A stretch of DNA of 64,000 nucleotides, from the NCBI GenBank assembly GCA_044892525.1, contig CM097887.1, positions 87,894,397 through 87,958,396 on the forward strand. The letters run 5' to 3'. A program made the position numbers and the translations under genes. This document shows positions 1 to 10,912 of this stretch, one piece after another. The stretch comes from Schmidtea polychroa. Taxonomy: Eukaryota. Below the pieces are notes generated by a model, which saw only the letters and a list, made by a program, of their open reading frames with translations, was not told the origin of the DNA and made no database searches. The first letter of the stretch is position 1. Every line of letters starts with the position of its first letter.

Positions 1-299
1 CCAATAATTAATAGCTACTCGGGTTTCCTTCACCTTTTTTTATAGCATCTTCTGTTATACAAAAACTAAAAGTAAACTCTTTAAAATAATATATTATTTT
101 AGACAACTAAAGTCTGGTTTTATCTAATATTATTTAAACAAAATTTCCCTACATTGACCAAAATGATTCTCAGTATCTAATTAGTTTTCTTCTAGCTTGA
201 TCTGGGATTTCACAAATTTCTACTTTGTATTTTCTCTCAAAGCTTAGCTTATTTGTTTTTGTTTCTGCATTAATAATTCTTGTCTGAAACCTGAAAATC

Positions 300-420
300 T
301 TTTTACCCTTATTGAATTTTTTTGATTTTTTCCCTGAAGATTATCAAATAATATCGTATTAATTACTGTAAATGGACCACTATACTTTCGTTTTAGTAAT
401 CCCTATCTCATTTTTATATT
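300..420 (-). mobile_element. Possible gypsy integrase C-terminal relic (GPF motif)
   Basis: The minus strand translates to LKRKYSGPFTVI, resembling the KxxPKYxGPF/Y motif of Ty3/gypsy integrases. Surrounding frames are broken. Confidence 0.3.
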
Positions 421-910
421 TATTGATCTTGAGACACATTTTCATGGTATTAAGGTTTATATAAATACTTCATAAGTTTTATTTCAAATATCTTTAGATA
501 TTCATCTGTACTAATTATATATGAATTTAGTGTCTTGACTCACTCGAACTTGCTAGCACAGGTTCAACCAAACTTACAAAAGCCTGTTTGTATGTTGCAT
601 ATATACTATATTTTCCCGATTAAAGCACACATTATCTGTTCTTTGTCTTCTCCCATTAATCACAGTGACAAGATAAAATATATTTTTTCAGCAAATTTCG
701 AATTCGAATATTCAAACAATTCCACAACAATTTCCAGCAATTAAATCATAAAATATTCCAATAAATCTAAAAACCAAATAATAAAATCCTTGTCCGCGTC
801 TGTGTGTACGAATAAGAATTATTTTGACAATAAACGCGCACACAGATAGTCAGATGGAAAAGCTATTCCTCCAGCTTACTGGTCGAAACAAATAGTAATA
901 AAATAATAAA

Positions 911-988
<78 letters not shown>
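911..988 (+). repeat. (AAT)n microsatellite, about 26 units
   Basis: Perfect AAT run, immediately 3' of the innexin fragment (which is on the minus strand). Confidence 0.95.
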
Positions 989-1062
989 TGTATTATATAT
1001 TTATTCTATATATCTATTATTATATATTTATTATTATTATATATTTATTATTAGAATGAGCT

Positions 1063-1357
1063 TAACCCACATCTGCCCGAGGAATATCTTCTCCAGGCAA
1101 AAAGCTGATAGTTCCATGTACCCAACAGTAATTTTCCATATAATTATCAAAATTAAATTATCCTGGAGCGGTCGCCGTGAAACACACAATCGGCTTGCAA
1201 AGTATGACTTAATGGTCATCACCATCATTGAAAGGATTAGTAATGTTACACTGAAAAAGAGGCTAAGTTTGTCAGCAAAGTCTTCAATTCTAACATATGT
1301 GGATAACTTGAATTGACCGATTAAATTTATGAATTCAGTAAAAATTATATTACACAC
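1063..1357 (-). pseudogene. Innexin N-terminal fragment, disabled
   Basis: EFINLIGQFKLSTYVRIEDFADKLS..TM1..KSYF, then after a 1-nt frameshift KPIVCF-TATAPG*FNFDNYMENYCWVHGT. This matches innexin TM1 and the first extracellular loop (two Cys; ENYCW). In-frame TAA at 1158-1160. No further innexin exon recognised. Confidence 0.85.
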
Positions 1358-2949
1358 ATATTTATAGAAGGTTTATACTTTCACTTTTAGATTACTCAAA
1401 CAAACTTGGAATCAAATCAATTTTCATGAAACCAAGTTTTGACCATTTTTCATGTTTAACACGATAAGTAACCTAATTATTAAAATATTTTTTTAATTAG
1501 TTTATAAACTATGGTTCCGTTTTTGTTGAAAATATCAGTTCAAACCCATAAATTTTCAGGATATTGTCGAATTAAATTGAGCAAAATATATCTACGTACA
1601 GTGTATGTCGCATCTTGAAGTGATACAATGAAAAGTTTCGATTACACTTGTCGTACTACAAAATCAATAACTGTTGCATCTCTCGAATATTTTAAAACAG
1701 CTTGATACAGTATATTGAAATTACGTTGTAGTGAGCCGTTAGACGCCCTTGGCGAAATCTATAAAAAAAATGGAACTTTGCTTTCCATTCACCGAAATTG
1801 GAAATTGTTCAGAATTATTTGTTCGAAAGCCAACAGAGTACTATGAGCCAGGAATATTTTCCAATACCCTACTGTGGGTAATCTTGGCTATGCATATTTC
1901 GCCCCTGTGATTCAATCATCTTTAATGACTTTGAAAATTCGTCGAACAAATCGATAAACAAGCATCCGTCAATTTCCTCCGTCGATTATCATTACCGGAC
2001 CTCATCGGATCAAATTAACCTCAATGAAAATGGTTCCCCTTTTTCACATCGTCACCTGTCTTAAAGACGATAAACTTGTATTGAATACCAGTGAAAACTT
2101 TTGTCGCAAATCAACTTCTAATAATGCATCCAAGTGTCACTCAAAAATAGATTGTCATTAGAGGTCCCAATGTCTTATGCAATTTATTCACACAATAGTA
2201 ATGAATCAAATTCGCGAATGGAAGTTAATAGTGATGATCAATTGATGGCCAGTATTGGATGGGATGCTGAATAAAATCATGAATTTATTATCATTTATTG
2301 CTTTATTCATATTGAACAGAATATCATTAATGAATGTTAGAAATTCTGATTACAGAAAAATTTATAGTAATGGAAATTAAATTTTTTGCTTTAATTATTT
2401 TCTTAATGAGCTTAAGATAATTTTTTTTGTTTATTTAAATTAAGGAACTTTATATACTTTGTGCTTGTTTTAAAAAAAATTGTACTGTACTAAATAAAAA
2501 TTATTGAATTTTCATATTTGTCAATGCCATACAAAGATAATTTTTTCCTCCAAAACGTTAAAGTTGTGGATCTATGTAAATTCAGATCGGATATCTTATC
2601 CAAAGTATTAATGACCCACACCACCACATACGTGTTCCTTGACTCCCACTCAGATAAAACAAGTTTTGAGTTATAAAAATAACCGTTACATCTTTATGTC
2701 TAGCTACTTTTGTAAGTAGATTATCTAAGTCGTTTTCTTTATTAGCTTCCTAGTACAAATTATCGAAAATAATTACATCTTGTCGTAATCTAGATGACAA
2801 GTTTTTATAAAATTATTTTATTATGGTCATTTATTTTGGACACATACATGAGAGTAGTGCATTAGTAGTTTGTTGTCCCTTATTTCCTCCTCCCCTCTTT
2901 TGTCAATGTGAAGTGAAATGATAGTAGCATGCTGTTCCATATATGTCAA

Positions 2950-3290
2950 TGTGAATCTCACACTATAGTGTGGGGGTATTTTTGGTCCCAGGATTTCTGT
3001 ACAGGATATGACACTATATTTTTAAGAAACGATATCTTCTGAGAAATTATGGGTTTTATGTCAATGTTAATATCGCAACTATTCTGGTCTTAGGAATTTT
3101 GTGCTATATTCTGACTCTCGTTAAAAATGCATAAGCAACAGTATGTTAAGGGTTTTAGGTTAATATGAATATCACACTACAATGAGGCTTATGATGGTCC
3201 ATGGATTTTCGTACAGGAATTTATGGTAAGATATATTTCTAAGAAACGATGTCGTATGAAAAATTATCGTATTATATTTAAAAAATTTAT
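2950..3290 (+). repeat. Tandem subrepeats of a CACACTATAG...GGTCCCAGGATTT family
   Basis: 2950-3050 is repeated at 3160-3290. Related to 6236-6330 and, in reverse complement, to 8290-8375. Confidence 0.6.
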
Positions 3291-3319
3291 GTAAAAACTG
3301 ATTTTATATCCAAATAAAC

Positions 3320-3770
3320 GTGATATGTGATTGGAATGCGCAGAAATATCATGAAGATATAGCCCTAGGTGGAGTAGAAATCAAAAAAAAGTAAAACACC
3401 AAATATATAAAATAAAAGAGGAAAAATAACATCAAATGACGACACACAAAAATAAAGTAAAATAATAACAAAAGCAAGAAGTATCACACGAAACAAACAT
3501 AGATATAACACAAATAAATAACAGGAGGTAAACAAATTCGAATTTATGGCCATAAAGGAAAATGAAAACTAGAGATAGAAAGATTTCATCAAGAAATAGA
3601 ATATTCTATGAATATGGCAACATCCAATATGGCGCCGAAACCAACAACTGCTAAATACAAAAGTTGTTGTAGAAAATGATAATGATGGTGATATTCCTCT
3701 GTTCTGGGGTGCAAACATATGTCTACTAAATTTATTTGTATTTTTTATATACTCATTTCCTGACAATATA
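3320..3770 (-). repeat. Strand-skewed A-rich LTR-like domain (dispersed family)
   Basis: Aligns by eye with 19340-19620, 46100-46310 and 12290-12700, and in reverse complement with 50380-50600 (e.g. aaaagcaagaagtatYacacgaaacaaac). Confidence 0.6.
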
Positions 3771-3992
3771 TCAATTTTTAATTAATTTATTAATTCTGAA
3801 TTTAACAAATTTTGTCATTTTTATTGATTCTTTGTACACTTCTTTAACGCCACTTTAGACCAGCCTCATTAACTGGATAACATTATATAGCTTAATTAAA
3901 TTGTGTGATTTACTTTGATCTCTAATAATTATCACATGTAAATATTTGTTAAATAGATAACATTATTAATAGTAATTATTATTTATAAGGAA

Positions 3993-5669
3993 ATGTTTGG
4001 CATTAACAAAACCGTTGATTCATTTAATCTGGAATTATCTAATGGGGGCGCTACGATGAACAATAATGATATTGAAGATAATTCATTGCATGAAAACATT
4101 ACGATTCCCCTTTTGACAAATACGACTGAACGTCAAAATCGAAGAAAGGTCACTTTGAAATTTCAGTTATTAGAACAATTATTGAAAGCCTCTTCTGTCG
4201 CTTATTTCGCCTTTGGAATTGCCGTGGCGATATCGTATTTCCTGTATGAGATGTTGCAGGATGATTCCTCCAAAAAGACTTGGAATTGGATCGGAATTGT
4301 CAATTCTATTCTTATATTTATCGTGGTAAGTTTGATTGTGATCTCGAAAATATTGATTTATAAAAATAATGAATTAATTAAATTGAACCGATCATCAACA
4401 TTGGTTATTTTTTATTGCCTCGTAGTCTTATCGGGAGCATTGTCTTGGTTCAGTTTAGTTTTTATATTGTTAAGAAATCTTTATTCCTATCCCAAATGCA
4501 CTCAAGTCGCCGATATCCTATTACCGATTACCCGATTGATGTTTCTCATGGCGGCAATTATATTAATATTAGACATTATCTATTCGAAAATAGAGAATAA
4601 TGGCGAGATTATTTTCTATTTCATTTACAAATCTGCATCGATTCTTGTGTTCGTAACTTGCGTTAACATTGCAGTGTTTGAATTCTTCCATGATATGGCG
4701 TTTTACTTTCAGAAAAACTCAGGTGGTTTATATTTCAATAGTAGTGCTTGTTCCAATACTAATAATTCAATTTATAGCAATATAATACCAACTTATTTTA
4801 ATGAATTTTCGCTCTTATTTTCAATGGTTACAATAATATTGTTAAATAAACCTTTGGAACAGTTCAATGAAAATTTCAACCCATTACCAACTGGGGACGA
4901 AAATCAACAAAACAACCCTTCAAATGATCCTCCTTCTTTAGTATCAATTAAATTTCGATCAAAGTTTAATACATTATTTATAATTTTATCGATTTTGATA
5001 TTTCTGCTTACCACATTTAATGTGCTTTTTAAAGTGATAAAGTTTAATAACGAGAAAGATAATAACGAGACAAAAAATCTGCAAATTATATATAATTTCT
5101 TGCCAGTTTCGGCATATTTCATTTGCGGATTTATCGATTTATATTTATTGAAGCAATTGCATGAGAATTTCCAATTTCAGAATCCAGCAGAATCACGTTC
5201 AACATTTATATATATGACATGGATGTGCTTATTCGGAGTGGTTTTGTGTTTGCTTCGAAATTTCATCCATTCATTGGATGGATTATCTGCGCGCGATTGC
5301 GATAGGAAATGCTATTGGATAAATATTGTTGGTTTAATTGTGGAATGGGAAAATATTTTTGAATCGATTTTGCAAGCAATGATGTTGGATTATTTATTCA
5401 GATTGAACTGGAAACATCCGATTCCAAAAGCGGCATTAAACAAAATTTATTATTGTTGTTTGATTTTAATTGCTTTTAATGTAGGTTGTTTAATTACCAA
5501 TTATATCGATGAAACTAAGAAAAATTCTATTCAAATTAGTGATAATTATCATTTTCTCAATTGGGGTATCATGAGTGTTTTAGTCTCTCCACTAATTTTA
5601 TTATATCGTGCATTTTGTCCCATTATTCTGTTGAAATTCAGTAACGAAATGGTTGCCAATGGTGATTAA
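3993..5669 (+). CDS. Otopetrin-like proton-channel family protein, divergent, intronless, 558 aa
   Basis: Uninterrupted multi-TM ORF. Family-like motifs by eye: VTCVNIAVF, PTYFNEFSLL (cf. YPFxIEYSL), FESILQ, IAFNVG, NWGIMSVLVSPLILLYR (cf. WxIIxxxxxPLxIFYRxH). Confidence 0.75.
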   Translation: MFGINKTVDSFNLELSNGGATMNNNDIEDNSLHENITIPLLTNTTERQNRRKVTLKFQLLEQLLKASSVAYFAFGIAVAISYFLYEMLQDDSSKKTWNWIGIVNSILIFIVVSLIVISKILIYKNNELIKLNRSSTLVIFYCLVVLSGALSWFSLVFILLRNLYSYPKCTQVADILLPITRLMFLMAAIILILDIIYSKIENNGEIIFYFIYKSASILVFVTCVNIAVFEFFHDMAFYFQKNSGGLYFNSSACSNTNNSIYSNIIPTYFNEFSLLFSMVTIILLNKPLEQFNENFNPLPTGDENQQNNPSNDPPSLVSIKFRSKFNTLFIILSILIFLLTTFNVLFKVIKFNNEKDNNETKNLQIIYNFLPVSAYFICGFIDLYLLKQLHENFQFQNPAESRSTFIYMTWMCLFGVVLCLLRNFIHSLDGLSARDCDRKCYWINIVGLIVEWENIFESILQAMMLDYLFRLNWKHPIPKAALNKIYYCCLILIAFNVGCLITNYIDETKKNSIQISDNYHFLNWGIMSVLVSPLILLYRAFCPIILLKFSNEMVANGD

Positions 5670-6000
5670 TGGTCCAAATTGTTGGTGGAATGATATATCT
5701 AAATTTTTGATTGTGAAAAACTAAAACACCTAATTCTTGTTTTCACTTCTCTTTACTTTGTTGAAGCACCAAAATTAACATTTGAAATGTATTGTTATAT
5801 TTTAATTGTGTATTTAGTTCATTAATGTAAGAAAAAATATTTTATTTTTTTCGCTTTAATTTAATTTATTTATCAATTTTCTGAAATCTGTATTTTTAAC
5901 CATAAAAACAAGTTTAGAATAAGTTATTAAAAAATAATAAAAAATAGAATACAAATTTAATACTTTCAAAATGTAAGAAATTCTATTTTTTTATTATTAA

Positions 6001-6071
6001 CTCTTGCAACGCGGTAAATTCAATTAATTATTAAATTTGGGCAACTATAGTCACTTTTCGCGTCCAAAGGG
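6001..6071. mobile_element. 71-bp piggyBac-like mini-element
   Basis: TTAA|CTCTTGCAACGCG ... CGCGTCCAAAGGG|TTAA: imperfect TIRs with TTAA on both sides. Confidence 0.5.
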
Positions 6072-7002
6072 TTAAACTTCAAACAAAATGATTGTAAAAA
6101 TGCATCTCTTTGATATGTTCGAAATCCTTTTCTTTACCTTAAGTCGATTTTCGTGGTGTTATTAGTAGATAGTTAGTGTAACTCTGTAGCACGACCATCT
6201 GATGAACCATAGTGCTGCAGAGGGTTAGTGGGTTTCACGCTATGGTCAAGGGGTATTTTTGGTCTCTTGAATTTCTCTAGACAGAATCCAGCCCTCGTTA
6301 AAAAACCCAAAGTACTTCTAGGTTCCAAGATTTTTGTACATGCATTTTTGATTAGATATTTTGAAGAATCACCTGCCACTGAGACATTAGGGTAATAATT
6401 AAAATATAAGTAAATTAAAGTAAATTAGGGTAATAATTTTAAAATAAGTAATAGCTTTTAAATTTATTGTAAGATATTTTGAAGAATCACCGGCCACTGA
6501 GACATTACGGTAACAATTAAAAAATAAGTAAATTAAAGTGATAATTCAAAATAAGTAATAGATTTTAAATTTATGGTAATATATTTTGAAAAATCAAGGA
6601 CTTATGAGAAATTAGAGTAACAATTTAAAAATAAGTAAATTAAAGTAATAATTACTACTCTTTACATTGCTACTCATTACATTTCCATTTTCGGGTTCTG
6701 GACTGCATATAGAAGTTCTTCTTACATCACATCATTATCTATCCCTTTCTTAGGTTATTGTCCCTCTGTTTTCTTAATTTTAATGGAAATTTTTATTTTT
6801 ATTTCTTATTTATTATATTTTATTTTGTTTTATTTTATTTTTATTCTTTTTTTTAAACAAATTTTTCCTGTTCTTTTTCTTGAATTCTGCACTCTTTCCC
6901 ATAACTCCTTCGTATGTAAATATGAGCTATAACATCCTTAATTAATTTGATTATGGTCCTTCTTGTGTAAATACGACCAATTAATTATTTATTTTATTAT
7001 CC

Positions 7003-8286
7003 TGTTGAGGTCTGTAAATTAAAATTTAAATTTAAATAAAATTTAGGATAATAATTCAAATAGAAAGTAAGCGAAGAAAAAAGACAAATAAAAGCGGGAT
7101 CGCGCACAGAATCAATAGTAAAGGAAAGTGTGATGGAAACAGTATTAGAAAATGCCAAAAGCAATTACGAAAGGCAAGAATCCGGAAATCCGAGAAAAAT
7201 AAATAAATGGAAAAATCATCGAAATCGAATGGGAAAAACGGGACAGGTATAGATTAGCTAATGGTCAACAAGATGATGGCTAGAGATTTATCAGAAAATG
7301 GTTAGGAAGGGTCGAAAAACATTCAAATGTATGAAAACAGAAAACGTTAATTAATTAATTAATTGGCTAATGGAAAACCCGAGCTAATGGGAAACCCGAG
7401 CCAATGGAGAACCCGAGAGATAAAGGAAACCCGAGCTGGGTAAACAAGAAGAAAAGCAAACAGAAGGAAGATTTGGGCCCATTAGCTTGACGCAATGATT
7501 AATGGGAAAAGAGTAAGGAGAAGATAGCGCGCGTAGGAAGACCGGTAGGGCCATTAATTATCTGGATTCGTTGGACCATTATGAGTGACAGCCGAAGCAA
7601 ATACGTAGGAGCAAATGTCAAACGAAAGATTGGCTCGGCAATAAACATTTGTCATCCTGATTTCGAGGAGTATATAAGCAAAGGGAAAATCAGAGAAAAT
7701 CGGCATTTTGCCTCAGCTAGGGTTCGAAGAATTAGACTGTAGGAAAAGCTGGTAGACGAATTAGGGAAAGTAGGGAAAAGAAGAAATAGAATTAAGAATA
7801 CGAAAAGGGGAAAAGGAATCAAACCAAACAGAAACCGAGGAAAACGTTAATCGAGAGAATCTAAAGGACAAAAAGGTGACTATTATTTGTTTGCAAAGCA
7901 TCAACGCCGAGCGGAGAATCGTATAAAACTTTGATCAGTAATTGTAGCGTGATAATAAATTGTGAACCTGTTGTTTCAATATACGTTGGGTCGTCATTGT
8001 TTTGATTTAAAGAACACTAGGAGTCAGAGAGAACCGACTTGAAATAATCCAAAACCCAACAATCCTTTTATTTTCGAGTTGGCAGATTTTCAAATGCGTT
8101 AACCTACTTGGTAAACCTACCTTATGATAAGGATTGTTGACAAAAGAAAGGTGCAAATGAGGCGACTACTTGTAATTGTGATAAAGATTGAATAAAGTTG
8201 TTCTGCGATGGGTTTTTGTCATTTGATTGGAAAAGGACACGATGAGTCAGAAACTATCCGACTTCTTATATATTAATCCTCCAATA
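7003..8286 (+). mobile_element. Probable solo LTR (gypsy-like)
   Basis: Starts TGTTGAGG and ends CCTCCAATA. Contains a 17-bp repeat array, TATATAAG near 7670 and AATAAA near 8192. Its 3' end is homologous to the LTR end at 51941-51990. No clean TSD. Confidence 0.6.
7366..7434 (+). repeat. 17-bp tandem array GCYAATGGRRAACCCGA (3 units plus a partial)
   Basis: Units at 7366, 7383 and 7400. A second 3-unit array lies at 32991-33041. Confidence 0.9.
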
Positions 8287-8654
8287 CCTTGGCTTTTTTA
8301 ACGAGAGTCGGATTTTGTGTAGAAAAAATCCTGGGACCAAAGAGACCCCCTTACTATAGTGTGATTTTGAAAAAATACATTGTAACCCTCTTAGCCAAAA
8401 AAGAATACGCGGATGGTCGTGTTGCAGGGGCTACTAAATACCTACTAATATCAACAATTTTATTCCAAGTACTATCGAATGTGTTCAAGAATCTAATAAA
8501 TTTATTATTGTTATTGGTTATTTAGCAAGTTTTAGTTGTTGACGAAGAATCGAATGAATTGAGGATTTTTATTACTAAAGTTTATTATTGATTTTGTGTT
8601 ATTTCTTTATGTGATTTAATTGATATTATTTTAATTTGTTATTTCTTATTGGTT

Positions 8655-8790
8655 AGTAACTAGTTGTTGGTGCTTGGTTGTAAGTATATGGTTGTTGGTA
8701 TCTAGTTTTTGGTTATTGGTACTTATTTGTTGGTTCCTGGTTGTTAGAAACTAGTTATTGGTATTTGTTTGTTACTGGTTGTTATAACTT
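8655..8790 (+). repeat. Degenerate minisatellite of about 14 bp (tRgttgttggtNNN)
   Basis: Repeated tagttgttggt/tggttgttggt units. Confidence 0.6.
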
Positions 8791-8819
8791 GATGTGTTCT
8801 AATGTTGAGTCTGACATCT

Positions 8820-9100
8820 CTAAATTTTTGACGTTTGCTTGGGTCCTTTAATCCCAAGATGAAGACATCGCTGATTAGTAGTTCTAGGTATTGGTATTCC
8901 GTCAAAGAAGAAATCGGAACTTTGAGAGGTATTTACTTCAATTCTGATAAATATTTTTGGATTGATTCGTGATTTTCTTGTTTTTTTTGCCGCATCATTA
9001 GGACAGTAAACTTCTTCAGAAACTTAGATTCTAGGACTGACATTTCGATTTCTATGTTTTGACATCCTGAAATTTATTGTTAGGCTGAAGGACCTCATTA
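8820..9100 (-). mobile_element. Ty3/gypsy gag relic
   Basis: Minus strand reads MRQKKQENHESIQKYLSELK*..LLISDVFILGLKDPSKRQK, matching the gag pattern Q..ESI..Y..EL / D.FI.GL.D..IRQ. Confidence 0.5.
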
Positions 9101-9241
9101 GAGGAAAATTAAGTCCATTTTGTCTTCTTTTTCATTGGATTTTTTAATCTGTCATGGATTTCCCAAAATAGGTGTTGATCTTAGTTTGAATCATTTGGGA
9201 GTTCCTGTTGGAATATCATAGGATCCATAGAATTTGATTAA

Positions 9242-9459
9242 CACTTCAGACACGTATGCCTGAAACAGATTTTCAGTCCCATGTACGGATACTTTTTTAT
9301 AGAGATAATGGTGAAATTCATAATAATATATTGTATTAGGTTATATAGCATAATTTTACGGAATTAACACTTTTAGAACCACTGGATTTCTGTGCATGTC
9401 ATACGTCCTGGTAAATGGTTTTGATTCGCGTTCTGTGCACGTCATAGGTGCCTAAAGGG
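9242..9459. mobile_element. piggyBac-like MITE
   Basis: TTAA-flanked. The left end CACTTCAGACACGTATGCC matches the reverse complement of the right end, CCCTTTAGGCACCTATGAC, at 14/19 positions. Confidence 0.5.
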
Positions 9460-9721
9460 TTAAATAAAACTTTAATAAGAGAAAATACAAAGTAACTTTT
9501 ATTTAATAAAAATTTGAATTATAATATTGTGAGTGAAGTACAATATTTAAACAAATATATTGTTACAATCATCTGACAAGAATTTAGTCTGCACCCTGAA
9601 ATGAAAAGTTTTTTTTTAATTATTCAGCCTTAAACTACTGAAAATAATAATAAAAAAGTGTTACGATACTTTAAAATTTATTAAATTTTAGATAAAAATT
9701 TCAATTATTTTAGGGTGGCAT

Positions 9722-10912
9722 TTAAAATTGTGGTACTGGTATCGTTTCTGCATCTTTTCTATCGGATGGATAAAATGGAATTGGAGTTATCATACACAGT
9801 TTTCCACTATTGTACAAGGCAGTTATCCCTGAAGCATTTCCTTCATTTTGAAAACCCCATCGATAAAGAGGTCCTCTCATTGGTGGGAGCAAATCATGTA
9901 ACGGGTTTGTTAAATGAGATTCGTATGATTCAGACGATGTATGTGTAACAAATTTAGTGCAAAGGCTCTTACAAAAATGACTTAAACAGCACATTATAAC
10001 TCGAATGAGAAATAATATAGCTACTACAACTTGATAACAAATAGCATATATATAAAATCCCTCAGTACATACTGGAATCATTTGTGTATAGGTCTTGTTA
10101 TTCTGTATAATAATCACTTCTTTCACTTTAGGACCTTCATTACTAAACGGCAGAACGAACACATTTGGTATCCACGCAAATCCAACAGTAAACCATACAA
10201 GTGATACGCAGTAAAGAACCATTAGGACACAAGAAATAAATAGCTGCATATGATCTGAATTGCTGTCTGGGACAACAGGATTACTACTTTGAATCCAAAT
10301 CCAAGATTTAGACCATTCAAGAATTATGATAAGACTGTGAAAGCAACCGGAAACAATTAGGTAAATGTCAACTAATTCGCACGTGTTCGTAAAAACAATT
10401 CCTACAGTAATGGCTCCCAATTCAAACAATATAATAATAAAACTCAGAAAAGTTGATAATGAAAACATGAATCGGATTTTTTGGTAGTTACCATCGTATG
10501 GTCGGTTCAAAGGATTCAGAATAATAAGCTCTTCTGCATTTGACAATGGTTCAATACTTTGATTGGCAATTGTATCAGATGATATTGGGTTTAGGCTATT
10601 GCTCATATTCGAGCCCGGAAATGACAGTGCTGGTAGAGACTGCCGCAAATTTGATTGTTTTCGAAATCTAGAATTACTATTCAAAATCCTTCGTGATTTG
10701 CTTTTCTTTTGGTCAAGAAAATTGTCAGATAATTCTCCAAATGAATCGTTTACCATTTTATTGCTAAAGAAATTGTTTAAAACGTATCCGATTTTATTCT
10801 CCTGATTGTTATTCTTAAATATTTCCCCATCATTTAAACTGTTAGCGGAACGCAATTGTTTGTTTAAATCATTCCGTTTGGAAACATTTTCGGCAAAATT
10901 TACTCTTTTCAT
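9722..10912 (-). CDS. TMEM272-like 4-TM membrane protein with long low-complexity N-terminus, intronless, 396 aa
   Basis: Open 396-aa ORF with pattern GAITVGIVFTNTC..IYLIVSG / LVWFTVGFAW / C..FYIYA....CC, typical of TMEM272-like proteins (recognised by eye). Confidence 0.6.
   Translation of the reverse strand: MKRVNFAENVSKRNDLNKQLRSANSLNDGEIFKNNNQENKIGYVLNNFFSNKMVNDSFGELSDNFLDQKKSKSRRILNSNSRFRKQSNLRQSLPALSFPGSNMSNSLNPISSDTIANQSIEPLSNAEELIILNPLNRPYDGNYQKIRFMFSLSTFLSFIIILFELGAITVGIVFTNTCELVDIYLIVSGCFHSLIIILEWSKSWIWIQSSNPVVPDSNSDHMQLFISCVLMVLYCVSLVWFTVGFAWIPNVFVLPFSNEGPKVKEVIIIQNNKTYTQMIPVCTEGFYIYAICYQVVVAILFLIRVIMCCLSHFCKSLCTKFVTHTSSESYESHLTNPLHDLLPPMRGPLYRWGFQNEGNASGITALYNSGKLCMITPIPFYPSDRKDAETIPVPQF

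Larger units (their letters stand above)
6236..8375. mobile_element. Non-autonomous element with about 75-bp imperfect inverted ends, interrupted by an LTR
   Basis: 6236-6310 is the inverted copy of 8290-8375. Three internal direct repeats of about 115 bp (6353, 6470, 6580; gatattttgaagaatcacc.gccactgagacatt). Confidence 0.5.

Noticed and set aside
6190-6250. CTGATGA followed by a 7-bp stem (ACCATAG/CTATGGT), hammerhead-like
   Set aside because: The stem is followed by CAAG rather than GAAA, and there is no helix III or cleavage triplet.
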